64,000 nucleotides of DNA from Candidatus Omnitrophota bacterium (lineage in GTDB: Bacteria; Omnitrophota; Gorgyraeia; Zapsychrales; Zapsychraceae): positions 75,876 through 139,875 of the forward strand of contig JACKFK010000006.1 of NCBI GenBank assembly GCA_020632515.1, read 5' to 3'. A program made the translations under genes and the position numbers. A model generated the notes under the pieces. It made no database searches, was not told where the DNA came from, and saw only the letters and a program-made list of their open reading frames with translations. Shown here piece after piece: positions 29,447 to 39,845 of this stretch. Position 1 is the first letter of the stretch, and every line of letters begins with the position of its first letter.

Positions 29447-30550
29447 ATGGCGCAAATAACTTTAGATAAAGTTTCCAAAATTTATAAAGGTAATGTCAAA
29501 GCGGTTGATAGTGTTAATTTAGGCATTGAAAATAAAGAATTTATGGTTCTCGTCGGGCCTTCTGGTTGTGGGAAATCAACAACTTTGAGGATGATCGCTG
29601 GATTAGAAGAGGTTTCAGAAGGTACTATTCATATTGGTGACCGGTTGATAAATTCAGTGCCAGCGAAGAGCAGAGATTTAGCCATGGTTTTTCAAAACTA
29701 CGCGTTATATCCGCATATGAGTGTATACGAAAATATGGCGTTTGGTTTAAAGTTGCGTAAATATCCAAAACATGAGATTCAGCGACGGATTAATGAAGCG
29801 ACGGAAATATTAGGAATTAAAAAACTCATTCAAAGAAAACCAAAAGAACTCTCCGGGGGGGAGCGTCAACGTGTTGCTTTGGGCAGAGCGATTGTGCGTA
29901 AGCCGATGGCTTTTTTATTCGACGAACCTTTAAGTAATCTTGATGCTAAGATGCGAGTGCAAATGCGCACGGAAATTCATAAATTACGTTTACGGCTACA
30001 AACTACTTTTATCTATGTAACGCATGATCAAACGGAGGCTTTAACATTAGGTGATCGGATTTGCGTCATGCGCGACGGTAAGATTCAGCAGTGTGCTGAT
30101 CCTATGACGATATACGACAAACCTGCTAATAAATTCGTTGCCAGTTTTATTGGTAGTCCGCCAATTAATTTGATGGACGGAAAGATTATTAAAAAAGACC
30201 GAAAGTATTATTTTCAAGAAGGAAAGTTCCAAGTTAAACTTGTAGAAGAAATGTATAACGTTATTGCTCCATATGAAGGTAAGGAAGTGACCTTCGGTAT
30301 TCGTGCTGAAGATATATATGATAAACTCTTTGCGTCTGAAGCACCACCTGAGAATACTATTAAGGCTGCTTGTGAAGTTGTTGAGCCGCTTGGTTCTGAG
30401 GTTTACTTATATTTGAATTCTGGGAAGAATTCTTTTATCGCGCGAGTTGGTGCTCATAATAGACCTGAAGTTAATAAGGATATGGATCTCGTTTTTGATA
30501 TGAGCAAGGTACATTTTTTTGATCGAGATACTGAAAAAACAATTATTTAA
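29447..30550 (+). CDS. Sugar-type ABC transporter ATP-binding protein (MalK/UgpC/MsiK-like), no adjacent permease
   Basis: Walker A GPSGCGKST, signature LSGGERQR, Walker B FLFDEPLSNLD, C-terminal TOBE-like regulatory domain. Confidence 0.9.
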   Translation: MAQITLDKVSKIYKGNVKAVDSVNLGIENKEFMVLVGPSGCGKSTTLRMIAGLEEVSEGTIHIGDRLINSVPAKSRDLAMVFQNYALYPHMSVYENMAFGLKLRKYPKHEIQRRINEATEILGIKKLIQRKPKELSGGERQRVALGRAIVRKPMAFLFDEPLSNLDAKMRVQMRTEIHKLRLRLQTTFIYVTHDQTEALTLGDRICVMRDGKIQQCADPMTIYDKPANKFVASFIGSPPINLMDGKIIKKDRKYYFQEGKFQVKLVEEMYNVIAPYEGKEVTFGIRAEDIYDKLFASEAPPENTIKAACEVVEPLGSEVYLYLNSGKNSFIARVGAHNRPEVNKDMDLVFDMSKVHFFDRDTEKTII

Positions 30551-31814
30551 TTCTTCTTTAATTTTAACTGCAGTCCTTTTAATCCCACTATTAGGACTAT
30601 TTGTCTTTGCCACTTTTTATGAACCTGCCCTTTTTGCATCCCTTTCTTTTGGATTGCTTATTGGTATTTTTCTATTATTTCCTCTGCGAAGTCGTTACAT
30701 TAATCTTCAAGCGGAAGCAGAATTAAAAGCTCAAGATATTCGTGAACGTATTAATCTGCTTAATGTTGAAATTCATCATGAAGAGTTAGCGATTAAATCT
30801 TTTCAGGATAAGATTGTTAATTTTTCGCAGCTTAAGGGGATGATTGAGAAACTGAGTCAGTGTTTGTATCTTGAGGATACAATTAAAACGCTGTCTGCGG
30901 AAGTGGGGAAGCTTTTTCAAACACAAGATAAAACAATAATTTTATATTTATTTCATTCTAAGACGGGAGATTTGGGGATTTCTTCATCGAAGAAAGGACA
31001 GATGCGCGTCAATTTAAAATCAAAAAGAGGTGATATTTTTGATAAATGGGTCGTTAAAACCATGCAGCCTTTGTTGATTACTGATACTAAATCAGATTAT
31101 CGTTTTGATGCTGATAAAACATCTGGCCAGAATGTCCGTTTAATTCGTTCATTGATCAGTGTACCGTTGATGGTGGGGGATAAAGCGTTAGGAATTCTAA
31201 GAATAGATAATGTTGAGCCAAATAAATTTACGGTAGAAGATTTGCGATTTTTAACAACGGTGGGAGATATTGGGGCTGTTTCTATTGAAAATGCGCAGTT
31301 GTATGAACGGGTCGAACAATTGGCTATTCGGGATAGCTTAACAAACTTATATTTGCGTCGATATTTAATGGAGCGATTCCCTGAGGAGATCAGCAGACAA
31401 ATCCGCCATGGCGGAGAGCTATCGTTGCTTATGATGGATTTGGATTATTTTAAGCAGTATAACGATAAATTTGGTCATGTGGCTGGGGATATTCTTTTGC
31501 GTACGATGGGATTGATGTTGCAAGAATTCTTTAATAAGCCGGGGAATCTTGTTTGTCGTTACGGCGGTGAAGAATTCGCGGTTTTGCTACCGGATTGTTC
31601 TAAGGCGCAAGCTGTTAAACTGGCTGAAGAGGCTGCTGTTCAAATTGCGCAGCAATCTATTCTTCTGCGGCGAGAAAAAACGCATATTACAGTCTCAGTA
31701 GGAGTCGCGTCTTTTCCTAAAGATGGTCAAAATCCACATGAATTAATTCATCGTGCGGATCAAGCGTTATATAACGCAAAAGAAACCGGACGTAATAAAG
31801 TGAGTGTTGCATGA
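30519..31814 (+). CDS. Membrane-anchored GAF-GGDEF diguanylate cyclase (no I-site)
   Basis: N-terminal TMs, GAF-like region (LISVPLMVGDKALGILRIDN), catalytic RYGGEEF. No RxxD five residues upstream. The start overlaps the upstream gene by 32 nt and is uncertain. Confidence 0.8.
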   Translation: MIEILKKQLFNSSLILTAVLLIPLLGLFVFATFYEPALFASLSFGLLIGIFLLFPLRSRYINLQAEAELKAQDIRERINLLNVEIHHEELAIKSFQDKIVNFSQLKGMIEKLSQCLYLEDTIKTLSAEVGKLFQTQDKTIILYLFHSKTGDLGISSSKKGQMRVNLKSKRGDIFDKWVVKTMQPLLITDTKSDYRFDADKTSGQNVRLIRSLISVPLMVGDKALGILRIDNVEPNKFTVEDLRFLTTVGDIGAVSIENAQLYERVEQLAIRDSLTNLYLRRYLMERFPEEISRQIRHGGELSLLMMDLDYFKQYNDKFGHVAGDILLRTMGLMLQEFFNKPGNLVCRYGGEEFAVLLPDCSKAQAVKLAEEAAVQIAQQSILLRREKTHITVSVGVASFPKDGQNPHELIHRADQALYNAKETGRNKVSVA

Positions 31815-32830
31815 TTATTTTATTGTCCTTAATAACTGTGATATATATTTTTATTCTTGTTCAAGTGGCGTATCGTTTTGTAGGGAATTCAGCTCAGCTT
31901 GTTCAACAAAAAGTAGATGAAACGGAAGGGTCGTATAATCAATTAGAGACAAAGAAGGAAAAATTGCATAAGCAGAAAATAAATTTAGAAAATAAAGCTT
32001 TGGAAATCTTTACTTTATATGAAATGACGAAAGACGTATCAAAAAGTTTGAATGAATCTGTGGCTTTTGATATTTTTAAAACCAGGTTGAGTCAGCATGT
32101 TTCTTTTACTAATTGTCGTTTGCTTGATCCTGATGATCAAGATATTAAACTTTTACGAAAGTCGTCGGAACATTTTATTTTCACATTGCGAAGTAAACGT
32201 CATAAAATTGGGTATTTGGATATTGAAGGGATTTTAGAAAATGATCGGGAAAAAGTAAATATTTTGGCTCATCAGTTTGCCTTATCGTTAAGGAGAGTGA
32301 AGCTGCACCGGGAAATTGAGAAAATTGCTATTACCGATGGCCTGACTGGGGTAAATACCCGGCGTTATACGATGGAGCGTTTAAATGAAGAATATCAACG
32401 GTCAAAAATAAAGAAAATTCCACTTTCTTTCTTAATGATTGATGTTGATTTTTTTAAGAAGATTAATGATAAATATGGGCATTTGAGTGGAGATCAAGTG
32501 TTACGGGAGATTTCAGAGGTTATTAAAGAAAATATTCGGGAGATTGATATTGCCGGCCGGTATGGTGGGGAAGAGTTTTGTATTGTGTTACCGGATACGG
32601 ACAAAGCTGGAGCCCAGTATGTTGCCGGTCGTATTCGTAAAGCTGCCGAAGATAAAATATTTAAAGTTTATGATAATTCGTTGAAGGTGACTGTTAGTAT
32701 TGGAACGGCGACTTTTCCCTTAGACGCGCAAAAAGTGGAAGAATTGATCGATAAAGCCGATTGGGCGCTTTACCGGGCTAAAAAGCAAGGCCGTAACCGG
32801 ATTTGTTCGTTTGGAATTTATGATGAGTGA
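31811..32830 (+). CDS. Membrane-anchored GGDEF diguanylate cyclase with RxxD I-site
   Basis: REIDIAGRYGGEEF (RxxD + 5 aa + GGEEF). ATGA overlap with the previous GGDEF gene. Confidence 0.8.
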   Translation: MIILLSLITVIYIFILVQVAYRFVGNSAQLVQQKVDETEGSYNQLETKKEKLHKQKINLENKALEIFTLYEMTKDVSKSLNESVAFDIFKTRLSQHVSFTNCRLLDPDDQDIKLLRKSSEHFIFTLRSKRHKIGYLDIEGILENDREKVNILAHQFALSLRRVKLHREIEKIAITDGLTGVNTRRYTMERLNEEYQRSKIKKIPLSFLMIDVDFFKKINDKYGHLSGDQVLREISEVIKENIREIDIAGRYGGEEFCIVLPDTDKAGAQYVAGRIRKAAEDKIFKVYDNSLKVTVSIGTATFPLDAQKVEELIDKADWALYRAKKQGRNRICSFGIYDE

Positions 32831-33023
32831 TAACTCGTTTTAATATTTATAGATATAGCTTAAGTTTAATTCTTGCCTTACAAAAATTAGTAATATCTAT
32901 TTACAATGCCTACCCAATTAAACCAATTTTAAAGTTGAATCCCTAAAATTTATCATGTACAATGAACGCATCTTTAAATTATCTTTACTTTAATTAATCA
33001 ATTTAATTATTTAATCTATATAA

Positions 33024-33956
33024 ATGAATAAGCTAACGATTGGTGTTGATATTGGCGGAACCAATATCAAAATAGGCTTGATTACCGCCGCTGGTAAAAT
33101 TACAGCACGAACACGTTTATCCACAAGAACTTTAGTTCGTAACAAACAAAAATTGATTAACGCGCTTATTCAAAAAATTACGGATTTATTGAATGAGCAG
33201 AAAATACCTAAAAGTAAAGTTTTAGGTATTGGTATTGGGCTTCCCGGATTGATCAATCCTCAGAAAGGTATTGTAAACCTTCTTCCCAATATTCCTGGCT
33301 GGAAAAATGTGCCCCTAAAGAAAATATTAGAACAAAAATTAAAACTTAAAACTTATATTGATAATGATGTTAACGTAATTGCGCTTGGAGAATGGAAATT
33401 TGGCGCTGGCAAAGGGTATGAGAATTTAGTAATGATGACTCTAGGCACGGGGGTCGGCGGTGGATTGATTCTTAATAATGCGCTTTACAGAGGCGAAGGC
33501 TTTGTCTCTGGAGAGATAGGGCACATGTTGCTTAACGAAAAAGGACCCCATGGTGTTTTTGATGGGTATGGATACTTCGAGCATTATGTGGGTAATCGAC
33601 AGTTGCGTGAGAAAGCGATTAAGATGTTTAAAAAGAAGGATATTCAGTTGGAAGAGGTTTTTACATTAGCCAATAAAGGTAATCGTTTAGCGCAGCAATT
33701 TTGGAATGATGCGGCAGTTCATATTGGCAATGTTTTGGTAGATGTTATTAATCTTTTAAATCCGCGCTTGATTATTATTGGCGGCGGCGTTTCAAATAAT
33801 TTTAAATTTTTAGCGCCAGGAATTAATAAAATAATTAAACAAAGAGCTATGGAAGTGCATAAGAAAATGGTTAAAGTTGTTCGAGCAAAGCTCGGAGACG
33901 ATGCCGGGATTATAGGAGCTCAGGTATTAGTTAAGGAATCAAGACTTGTTAAATAA
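33024..33956 (+). CDS. ROK-family sugar kinase (glucokinase-like)
   Basis: IGVDIGGTNIK and GTGVGGG motifs. The usual ROK Cys zinc motif looks degenerate (GEIGHMLLNEKGP...). Confidence 0.8.
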   Translation: MNKLTIGVDIGGTNIKIGLITAAGKITARTRLSTRTLVRNKQKLINALIQKITDLLNEQKIPKSKVLGIGIGLPGLINPQKGIVNLLPNIPGWKNVPLKKILEQKLKLKTYIDNDVNVIALGEWKFGAGKGYENLVMMTLGTGVGGGLILNNALYRGEGFVSGEIGHMLLNEKGPHGVFDGYGYFEHYVGNRQLREKAIKMFKKKDIQLEEVFTLANKGNRLAQQFWNDAAVHIGNVLVDVINLLNPRLIIIGGGVSNNFKFLAPGINKIIKQRAMEVHKKMVKVVRAKLGDDAGIIGAQVLVKESRLVK

Positions 33957-36003
33957 AACAATATTTTCAGGGTTTTTATTTTTTGTGATAAGCGGTGTTT
34001 TAATTTGTTCCGCCCAGGCACAAGGAGTGGAGCTTAATGGTGATGTTGTTGAATATTCCATGGATGGAAATGTTATTACGGCAACAGGTAATGTTGTCTT
34101 AAAGAAGGATGACACTACATTATATTGTGAATATGTTGAATTTGCGCGCGATTCTAAGATGGCTTTTGCCGAAGGTAATGTTCGGCTGAAAACAGGTGAC
34201 GGAGAAATTACAGGGGATAAACTGCGTTTTAATTTTGAAACAAAAACTGGCAGTTTTAATGGCGCCAATATCATTGCGTATCCTTATTTTGGAGCCGCGC
34301 AAAAAGTGGCGAAGGTCGGAGAAAATGAACTCCAAATGGATGACGGATATATTACAACATCCGACTTTGATGATCCTGAATTTCGTATTACTTCTAAGAC
34401 AGTAGAAGTTTTTCCGGGAGATAAATTAATTGCCCGGCATTCAGTTTTAAAAATAGGTAAATTGCCGTTGTTTTATTTTCCGGTTTTTAAGCAAAGTTTA
34501 GTCGATAAAAAACCGAAACTTATTTTTAAGCCAGGACATTCGAAAGATTGGGGAACTTTTGTTTTAACGGATTATCGATATCGACTCAATCAATATATCA
34601 AAGGAGTTTTGCATCTGGATTACCGCGATCGATTAGGGTGGGGAGGCGGAGCAGATATGGAGTATAAAACACCGAATGTGGGTGATGGGCGTATCAGATT
34701 ATATTATACAGGTGAGAGAGATAAAGAGCTTATTGTGCAACGAACAGTTGAGCGTTATAAGGCGGAATGGCGGCATAAATGGAATATTGATCAGAAAACC
34801 AATGCTATTATGCAATATTATAAACTTAGTGATGGTTCCTTTTTAAAAGATTATTTTGAGAAAGAGTCAGATCAAGATACCGCCCCGACGACATTCTTTT
34901 TGATGACACGAACATTGCCTAAGGGTGTGTTAAGTTTTCAAACTGATCTGAGAGTAAATAGATTTGAAAGTAAGGTTGAAAGAATTCCGGAAGTTCGCTA
35001 TTCTTTGGCAAGTACAGAATTGTGGGAAACAGGCCTTTTTTATAAAAATACGACAACTTATTCGAATTTAAATTCGAAAACTGGCGCGCCCAGCGAAGTG
35101 CGGCAAAAAACCAATCGTATTGATATGGATAATGAAGTTTCTTATCCGATCAAAGTGGGAATTATCGAATTTAAACCGTTTATAGGCGGGCGAAATACAT
35201 ATTATAGTCGGACTAAAGTTCAGGATAAATTTGACGCGATCAGGGGCGTGTTTAAGACAGGGGCGTCATTAAGTACGAAATTTTATCGGATATTTGACGT
35301 TTACACGGATTTTATTGGGTTAAATATTAATCGATTACGACATATTATTACGCCTTCAATTGATTATCGCTACGAGAGTTCACCGACTTTGGCAAATGTT
35401 GATATTGATCAATATGACAGTGTTGATGCGTTAGGAAAATTTCATAGCATTCATTTTTCTTTAGAAAACAAACTCCAGACAAAACGCGACGGTCAATCCG
35501 TTGATATTTTACGGTTTATTTTAGGAACAGATTTTCGGCTTAAAGATAATCCTTCGACAGGTGGTTTTGATACTATTACCAGTGATTTGGATTTAAATCC
35601 GACGGATTGGTTGAGTTTTTATTTTGATTCAACCTATAGCACGCAACGAGAACATTTAACTGAAGCCAATTTTGATATGTATATAAATGGAAAAGAAAAT
35701 AAATGGCGGTTTGGTTTGGGAAAAAGATATAATCGGGAAATTGATGATCAGATTACGACAGATTTTGATTATCAGATCAATCAGAAATGGGGATTTCATT
35801 CTTATGGCCGGTTTGATATTGATCGGGGATTATTAAAAGAGCAGGAATACGCGTTAAGACGAGACTTACATGCATGGGATATGGAATTTAATGTCAATTC
35901 TACACGGGGGGAAGGGACAGAGTTTTTATTATTGTTTACTTTAAAAGCTCATCCGGAAATTGGATTTGATTTTGGAAAAACTATTCATCAGCGAAGACGT
36001 TAA
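33946..36003 (+). CDS. lptD: LPS-assembly outer-membrane protein LptD
   Basis: Signal peptide, OstA-like N-domain (GNVVLKKDDTTLYCEYVEF...GNVRL) and a large beta-barrel region. Confidence 0.75.
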   Translation: MLNKTIFSGFLFFVISGVLICSAQAQGVELNGDVVEYSMDGNVITATGNVVLKKDDTTLYCEYVEFARDSKMAFAEGNVRLKTGDGEITGDKLRFNFETKTGSFNGANIIAYPYFGAAQKVAKVGENELQMDDGYITTSDFDDPEFRITSKTVEVFPGDKLIARHSVLKIGKLPLFYFPVFKQSLVDKKPKLIFKPGHSKDWGTFVLTDYRYRLNQYIKGVLHLDYRDRLGWGGGADMEYKTPNVGDGRIRLYYTGERDKELIVQRTVERYKAEWRHKWNIDQKTNAIMQYYKLSDGSFLKDYFEKESDQDTAPTTFFLMTRTLPKGVLSFQTDLRVNRFESKVERIPEVRYSLASTELWETGLFYKNTTTYSNLNSKTGAPSEVRQKTNRIDMDNEVSYPIKVGIIEFKPFIGGRNTYYSRTKVQDKFDAIRGVFKTGASLSTKFYRIFDVYTDFIGLNINRLRHIITPSIDYRYESSPTLANVDIDQYDSVDALGKFHSIHFSLENKLQTKRDGQSVDILRFILGTDFRLKDNPSTGGFDTITSDLDLNPTDWLSFYFDSTYSTQREHLTEANFDMYINGKENKWRFGLGKRYNREIDDQITTDFDYQINQKWGFHSYGRFDIDRGLLKEQEYALRRDLHAWDMEFNVNSTRGEGTEFLLLFTLKAHPEIGFDFGKTIHQRRR

Positions 36004-36032
36004 TGAATTAAAAAAGTGAGAGGAGTAGATAA

Positions 36033-37355
36033 GTGAATATAGCTGTAGTTGGATCAGGATATGTAGGATTAGTGACAGGGGTTTGTTTGGCGCATATTGG
36101 GCATGATGTTATTTGTGTCGATATTGATGAAGCAAAGATTAAAACTTTGAAGCAGGCTAAAGTTCCTATTTATGAGCCTGGTTTAGAAGATCTTTTGAAG
36201 AAATATTTAAAAAACAAAAGATTGCGTTTTACAACGTCAATTAAAGAGGCAACCAAAGAGTCAACCGCGATTTTCATTGCGGTCGGAACTCCGTCTAAAA
36301 AGAATGGTGAAGCTGATTTAACATATGTTGAAAATGTTGCACGGGAAATTGCTGTTACGATGGATTCGTATAAGTTGATTATCGAAAAATCCACTGTGCC
36401 TGCAGATACAGGGCGGCGAATTGAAAGAACAATTCGATTAAATCTTAAAAATAAGATTAAACAAGAGAAAAAAGGTGATCGCGAGTTTGATGTTGCCTCT
36501 AATCCTGAATTTTTACGAGAAGGGTCTGCGGTTCATGATTTCATGAACCCTGACAGGGTTGTTATTGGGGTTGAGTCAAAAAAGGCAGAGAAAATATTGA
36601 GAGAGATTTATAAACCATTAAAGCCAAAGATGGTCGTAACTAATATTAAATCTGCGGAGCTAATTAAACACGCTTCAAACTCTTTCTTGGCGACAAAAAT
36701 ATCTTTTATTAATGCGATCGCTCAAATTTGCGATCATATTGGTGGGGATGTGTTAAAAGTAGCAGAAGGTATGGGGTATGATAAGCGTATCGGAAGGGCT
36801 TTTTTAAATGCTGGGGTTGGTTATGGGGGGAGTTGTTTCCCAAAAGATGTTGACGCGTTTATTCGTTTAAGTGAAAAAAGCGGATATAATTTTCGGTTAT
36901 TGAAAGAAGTGCGGAATGTTAATGAAGAGCAAAAATCTTCTTTTATTCGTTTAATTGAAGATAAATTATGGATTGTAAAAAATAAAGTCATTGGTGTTTT
37001 AGGTTTAGCATTTAAAGCAGACACTGATGATATGCGCAATGCGCCATCTATTGATATTATTCAAGCTTTGCAGGCGGAAGGTGCTAAAATCCGTGCTTAT
37101 GATCCGCAAGCTGTTAATAATGCAAAAAAGGTTTTAGAAGATATAATTTACTGTAAAGATCCTTATGAATTGGCAAAGGATTGTGATTGTTTGTTAATAT
37201 TAACTGAGTGGGATGAATTTAAGGATATCGATTTTACCAAGATTAAGAAATCGATGAAACAGGATATTATTTTTGATGGACGCAACCTATATAGTGACAA
37301 TAGGTTGGGAGATATTGGGTTTGAGTATCATGGTATTGGCCGCGGACAAGTTTAA
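36033..37355 (+). CDS. ugd: UDP-glucose 6-dehydrogenase
   Basis: GTG start. GSGYVGLVTG Rossmann motif and catalytic GGSCFPKD. Confidence 0.85.
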   Translation: MNIAVVGSGYVGLVTGVCLAHIGHDVICVDIDEAKIKTLKQAKVPIYEPGLEDLLKKYLKNKRLRFTTSIKEATKESTAIFIAVGTPSKKNGEADLTYVENVAREIAVTMDSYKLIIEKSTVPADTGRRIERTIRLNLKNKIKQEKKGDREFDVASNPEFLREGSAVHDFMNPDRVVIGVESKKAEKILREIYKPLKPKMVVTNIKSAELIKHASNSFLATKISFINAIAQICDHIGGDVLKVAEGMGYDKRIGRAFLNAGVGYGGSCFPKDVDAFIRLSEKSGYNFRLLKEVRNVNEEQKSSFIRLIEDKLWIVKNKVIGVLGLAFKADTDDMRNAPSIDIIQALQAEGAKIRAYDPQAVNNAKKVLEDIIYCKDPYELAKDCDCLLILTEWDEFKDIDFTKIKKSMKQDIIFDGRNLYSDNRLGDIGFEYHGIGRGQV

Positions 37356-37474
37356 GATGAATTTTTTTGGCAAGTTATATAGGTATATGATATACTTGCA
37401 TTTAAACCGCTGGTTTTTAAATTAAAAATCTTTATCGATTTTTTATAAATTATTAAGAAATAGAGGGTTAAGAA

Positions 37475-38776
37475 ATGTCAAATTCATTAAAAAAGAGCAT
37501 AAGTTCAAATAAAGCAAAAATTGCAGTTATCGGGCTAGGATATGTTGGCTTGCCATTAGCCGTCAATTTTGCGAAAAAGGGTTTTAAAGTTTTTGGTTTA
37601 GATAAAGATGCGGATCGTGTCAGCCAAATAAATAAGAAAATTAGTTATATTTCAGATATACCGACAAAGGAAATTGTACGAGTGGTTAATGGCGGGAAAT
37701 TTCAAGCGAGCATGGATTTTGAAATTTTAAAAACAATTGACGTCATTATTATCTGCGTTCCAACACCATTAAAACGAAAATATACTCCTGATATTACGTA
37801 TATTCTTAGCGCTGTTCGCACCATCAGAAAATATCTTCGGAAAAATACTTTAATTGTTCTTGAAAGTACAACTTATCCGGGAACAACCGAAGAATTAATT
37901 ATGCCTGAGCTTGAAAAAAGTGGACTTAAGGCAGGAAAAGATTTTTATTTATCATTTTCGCCGGAACGCATTGATCCTGGTAATAAGAAATATGATGTGA
38001 CTCGTATTCCAAAGGTTGTTGGCGGATATAATAAGACTAGTGGAGAGTTGACAAAGGCTCTTTATGAGAAGATTATTAAGCACATTCATGTTGTCAGTAC
38101 GGCTAAGGCTGCGGAAATGACTAAATTGCTGGAAAATTCTTTCCGCATTATTAATATCGGTTGGATTAATGAAGTTGCCATGATGTGTCATAAAATGGAT
38201 ATCAATATCTGGGAAGTTATTGAAGCTGCCAAAACAAAACCGTTTGGTTTTATGCCATTTTATCCTGGGCTTGGTGTGGGCGGTCATTGTATTCCCGATG
38301 ATCCACTATATTTATATTGGAAAGCTAAGCATAGTGGTTTTAGTTCGAAATTTATCAAATTATCAGCGGATATTAACTCTAATATGCCTGTTTACGCCAT
38401 TGAACGTTTAAAGTCAATTTTACGTGTACGTAAGCGCAAACTTTCTGAATCTAAAATTTTGGTTTTAGGTGTGACATATAAGAAAGATGTAAAAGATTTG
38501 CGTAAATCTCCACCGTTAAAGCTAATTGAATTATTATTGGATAAAGGGTGTAAAGTAGATTATTCTGACCCGATCATTCCCTATTTAAAATTTGGCAAGA
38601 TTGATTTAACATCCGTTAAATTATCGGAAGGAAGCTTGAGAAAATACGATTGTGTTTTGATCACAACTGATCACACAAGAGTAAATTATAAAATGGTTCT
38701 TAAATCTGCCCGGCTTATTTATGATATTAAGAATATTTATACAGGCATTGAATCTAAGAAGGTAATTGCGTTTTAA
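37475..38776 (+). CDS. Nucleotide-sugar dehydrogenase (UDP-GlcNAc/UDP-ManNAc 6-dehydrogenase type, WecC/TviB-like)
   Basis: GLGYVGLPLA and catalytic GGHCIPDDP, typical of the N-acetyl-hexosamine subgroup. Confidence 0.8.
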   Translation: MSNSLKKSISSNKAKIAVIGLGYVGLPLAVNFAKKGFKVFGLDKDADRVSQINKKISYISDIPTKEIVRVVNGGKFQASMDFEILKTIDVIIICVPTPLKRKYTPDITYILSAVRTIRKYLRKNTLIVLESTTYPGTTEELIMPELEKSGLKAGKDFYLSFSPERIDPGNKKYDVTRIPKVVGGYNKTSGELTKALYEKIIKHIHVVSTAKAAEMTKLLENSFRIINIGWINEVAMMCHKMDINIWEVIEAAKTKPFGFMPFYPGLGVGGHCIPDDPLYLYWKAKHSGFSSKFIKLSADINSNMPVYAIERLKSILRVRKRKLSESKILVLGVTYKKDVKDLRKSPPLKLIELLLDKGCKVDYSDPIIPYLKFGKIDLTSVKLSEGSLRKYDCVLITTDHTRVNYKMVLKSARLIYDIKNIYTGIESKKVIAF

Positions 38777-38894
38777 TTAAAGCTTAAAGATAGTTCTCGC
38801 GTTTTTTCATGCCATACATCGATATTAATTATTAGTCGAAATAATTCTATTTTTTAAATTAAGATTTTTTATTGTCTTAAATATTAATAATTTT

Positions 38895-39845
38895 ATGACT
38901 AAAAGAAAAAAAGTTGTAGTTATTACCGGCGGGGCTGGATTTTTAGGAAGCCATCTTTGTGATCGTTTTATCAAAGATGGTTTTACAGTGCTGTGTATCG
39001 ATAATCTTATTACTGGAAATATAAAAAATATAGAACATCTTATTAAGAATAAGAATTTTGAGTTTCTTAATCATGATATTTCTAATAAGATTTATATAAC
39101 CGGCCCGGTGGATTATGTTTTGCATTTTGCTTCACCCGCAAGCCCGATTGATTATTTAAATTATCCAATACCGACATTAAAAGTTGGGTCACTTGGAACG
39201 CATAACACTCTAGGTTTAGCAAAATATAAAAAAGCGGTTTATCTTATTGCGTCGACATCTGAGGTTTACGGCGATCCGCAAGTTCATCCGCAAAAAGAAG
39301 ATTATTGGGGGCATGTAAATCCGATAGGTCCGCGGGGTGTTTATGATGAAGCTAAACGGTTCGCCGAGGCTATCACCATGGCGTATCGAAGGTATCATCA
39401 TATGGATAGTAAAATTGTTCGCATTTTTAATACATATGGACCACGAATGAGAATTAATGATGGAAGGGTTGTCCCAAATTTTGTTTATCAAGCTTTACAC
39501 AATAAGCCGTTAACTATTTATGGAGACGGAAAACAAACAAGATCGTTTTGTTATTATACAGATTTGATAGAGGGTATTGTTAGGCTCATTATGTCGAAAT
39601 ATTCAGGCCCGGTGAATATCGGTAATCCGGATGAATTTACAATTTTAGAATTCGCGCAGTTATTTACAAAACTTTCTGGGACAAAAAGTAAGATAGTTTA
39701 TAAGAAACTGCCAGTTGATGATCCTAAAATTCGACGGCCAGATATTAGTTTGGCAAAAAAACTTTTAAAATGGCAGCCAAAAGTAAAACTGGAAAAAGGT
39801 TTAAAACAGACTATTTCTTGGTTTGAAGAAAATTATTCGAAATGA
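38895..39845 (+). CDS. UDP-glucuronate decarboxylase (UDP-xylose synthase)
   Basis: [33 protein letters not shown]. Close to the UXS family pattern. Confidence 0.85.
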   Translation: MTKRKKVVVITGGAGFLGSHLCDRFIKDGFTVLCIDNLITGNIKNIEHLIKNKNFEFLNHDISNKIYITGPVDYVLHFASPASPIDYLNYPIPTLKVGSLGTHNTLGLAKYKKAVYLIASTSEVYGDPQVHPQKEDYWGHVNPIGPRGVYDEAKRFAEAITMAYRRYHHMDSKIVRIFNTYGPRMRINDGRVVPNFVYQALHNKPLTIYGDGKQTRSFCYYTDLIEGIVRLIMSKYSGPVNIGNPDEFTILEFAQLFTKLSGTKSKIVYKKLPVDDPKIRRPDISLAKKLLKWQPKVKLEKGLKQTISWFEENYSK

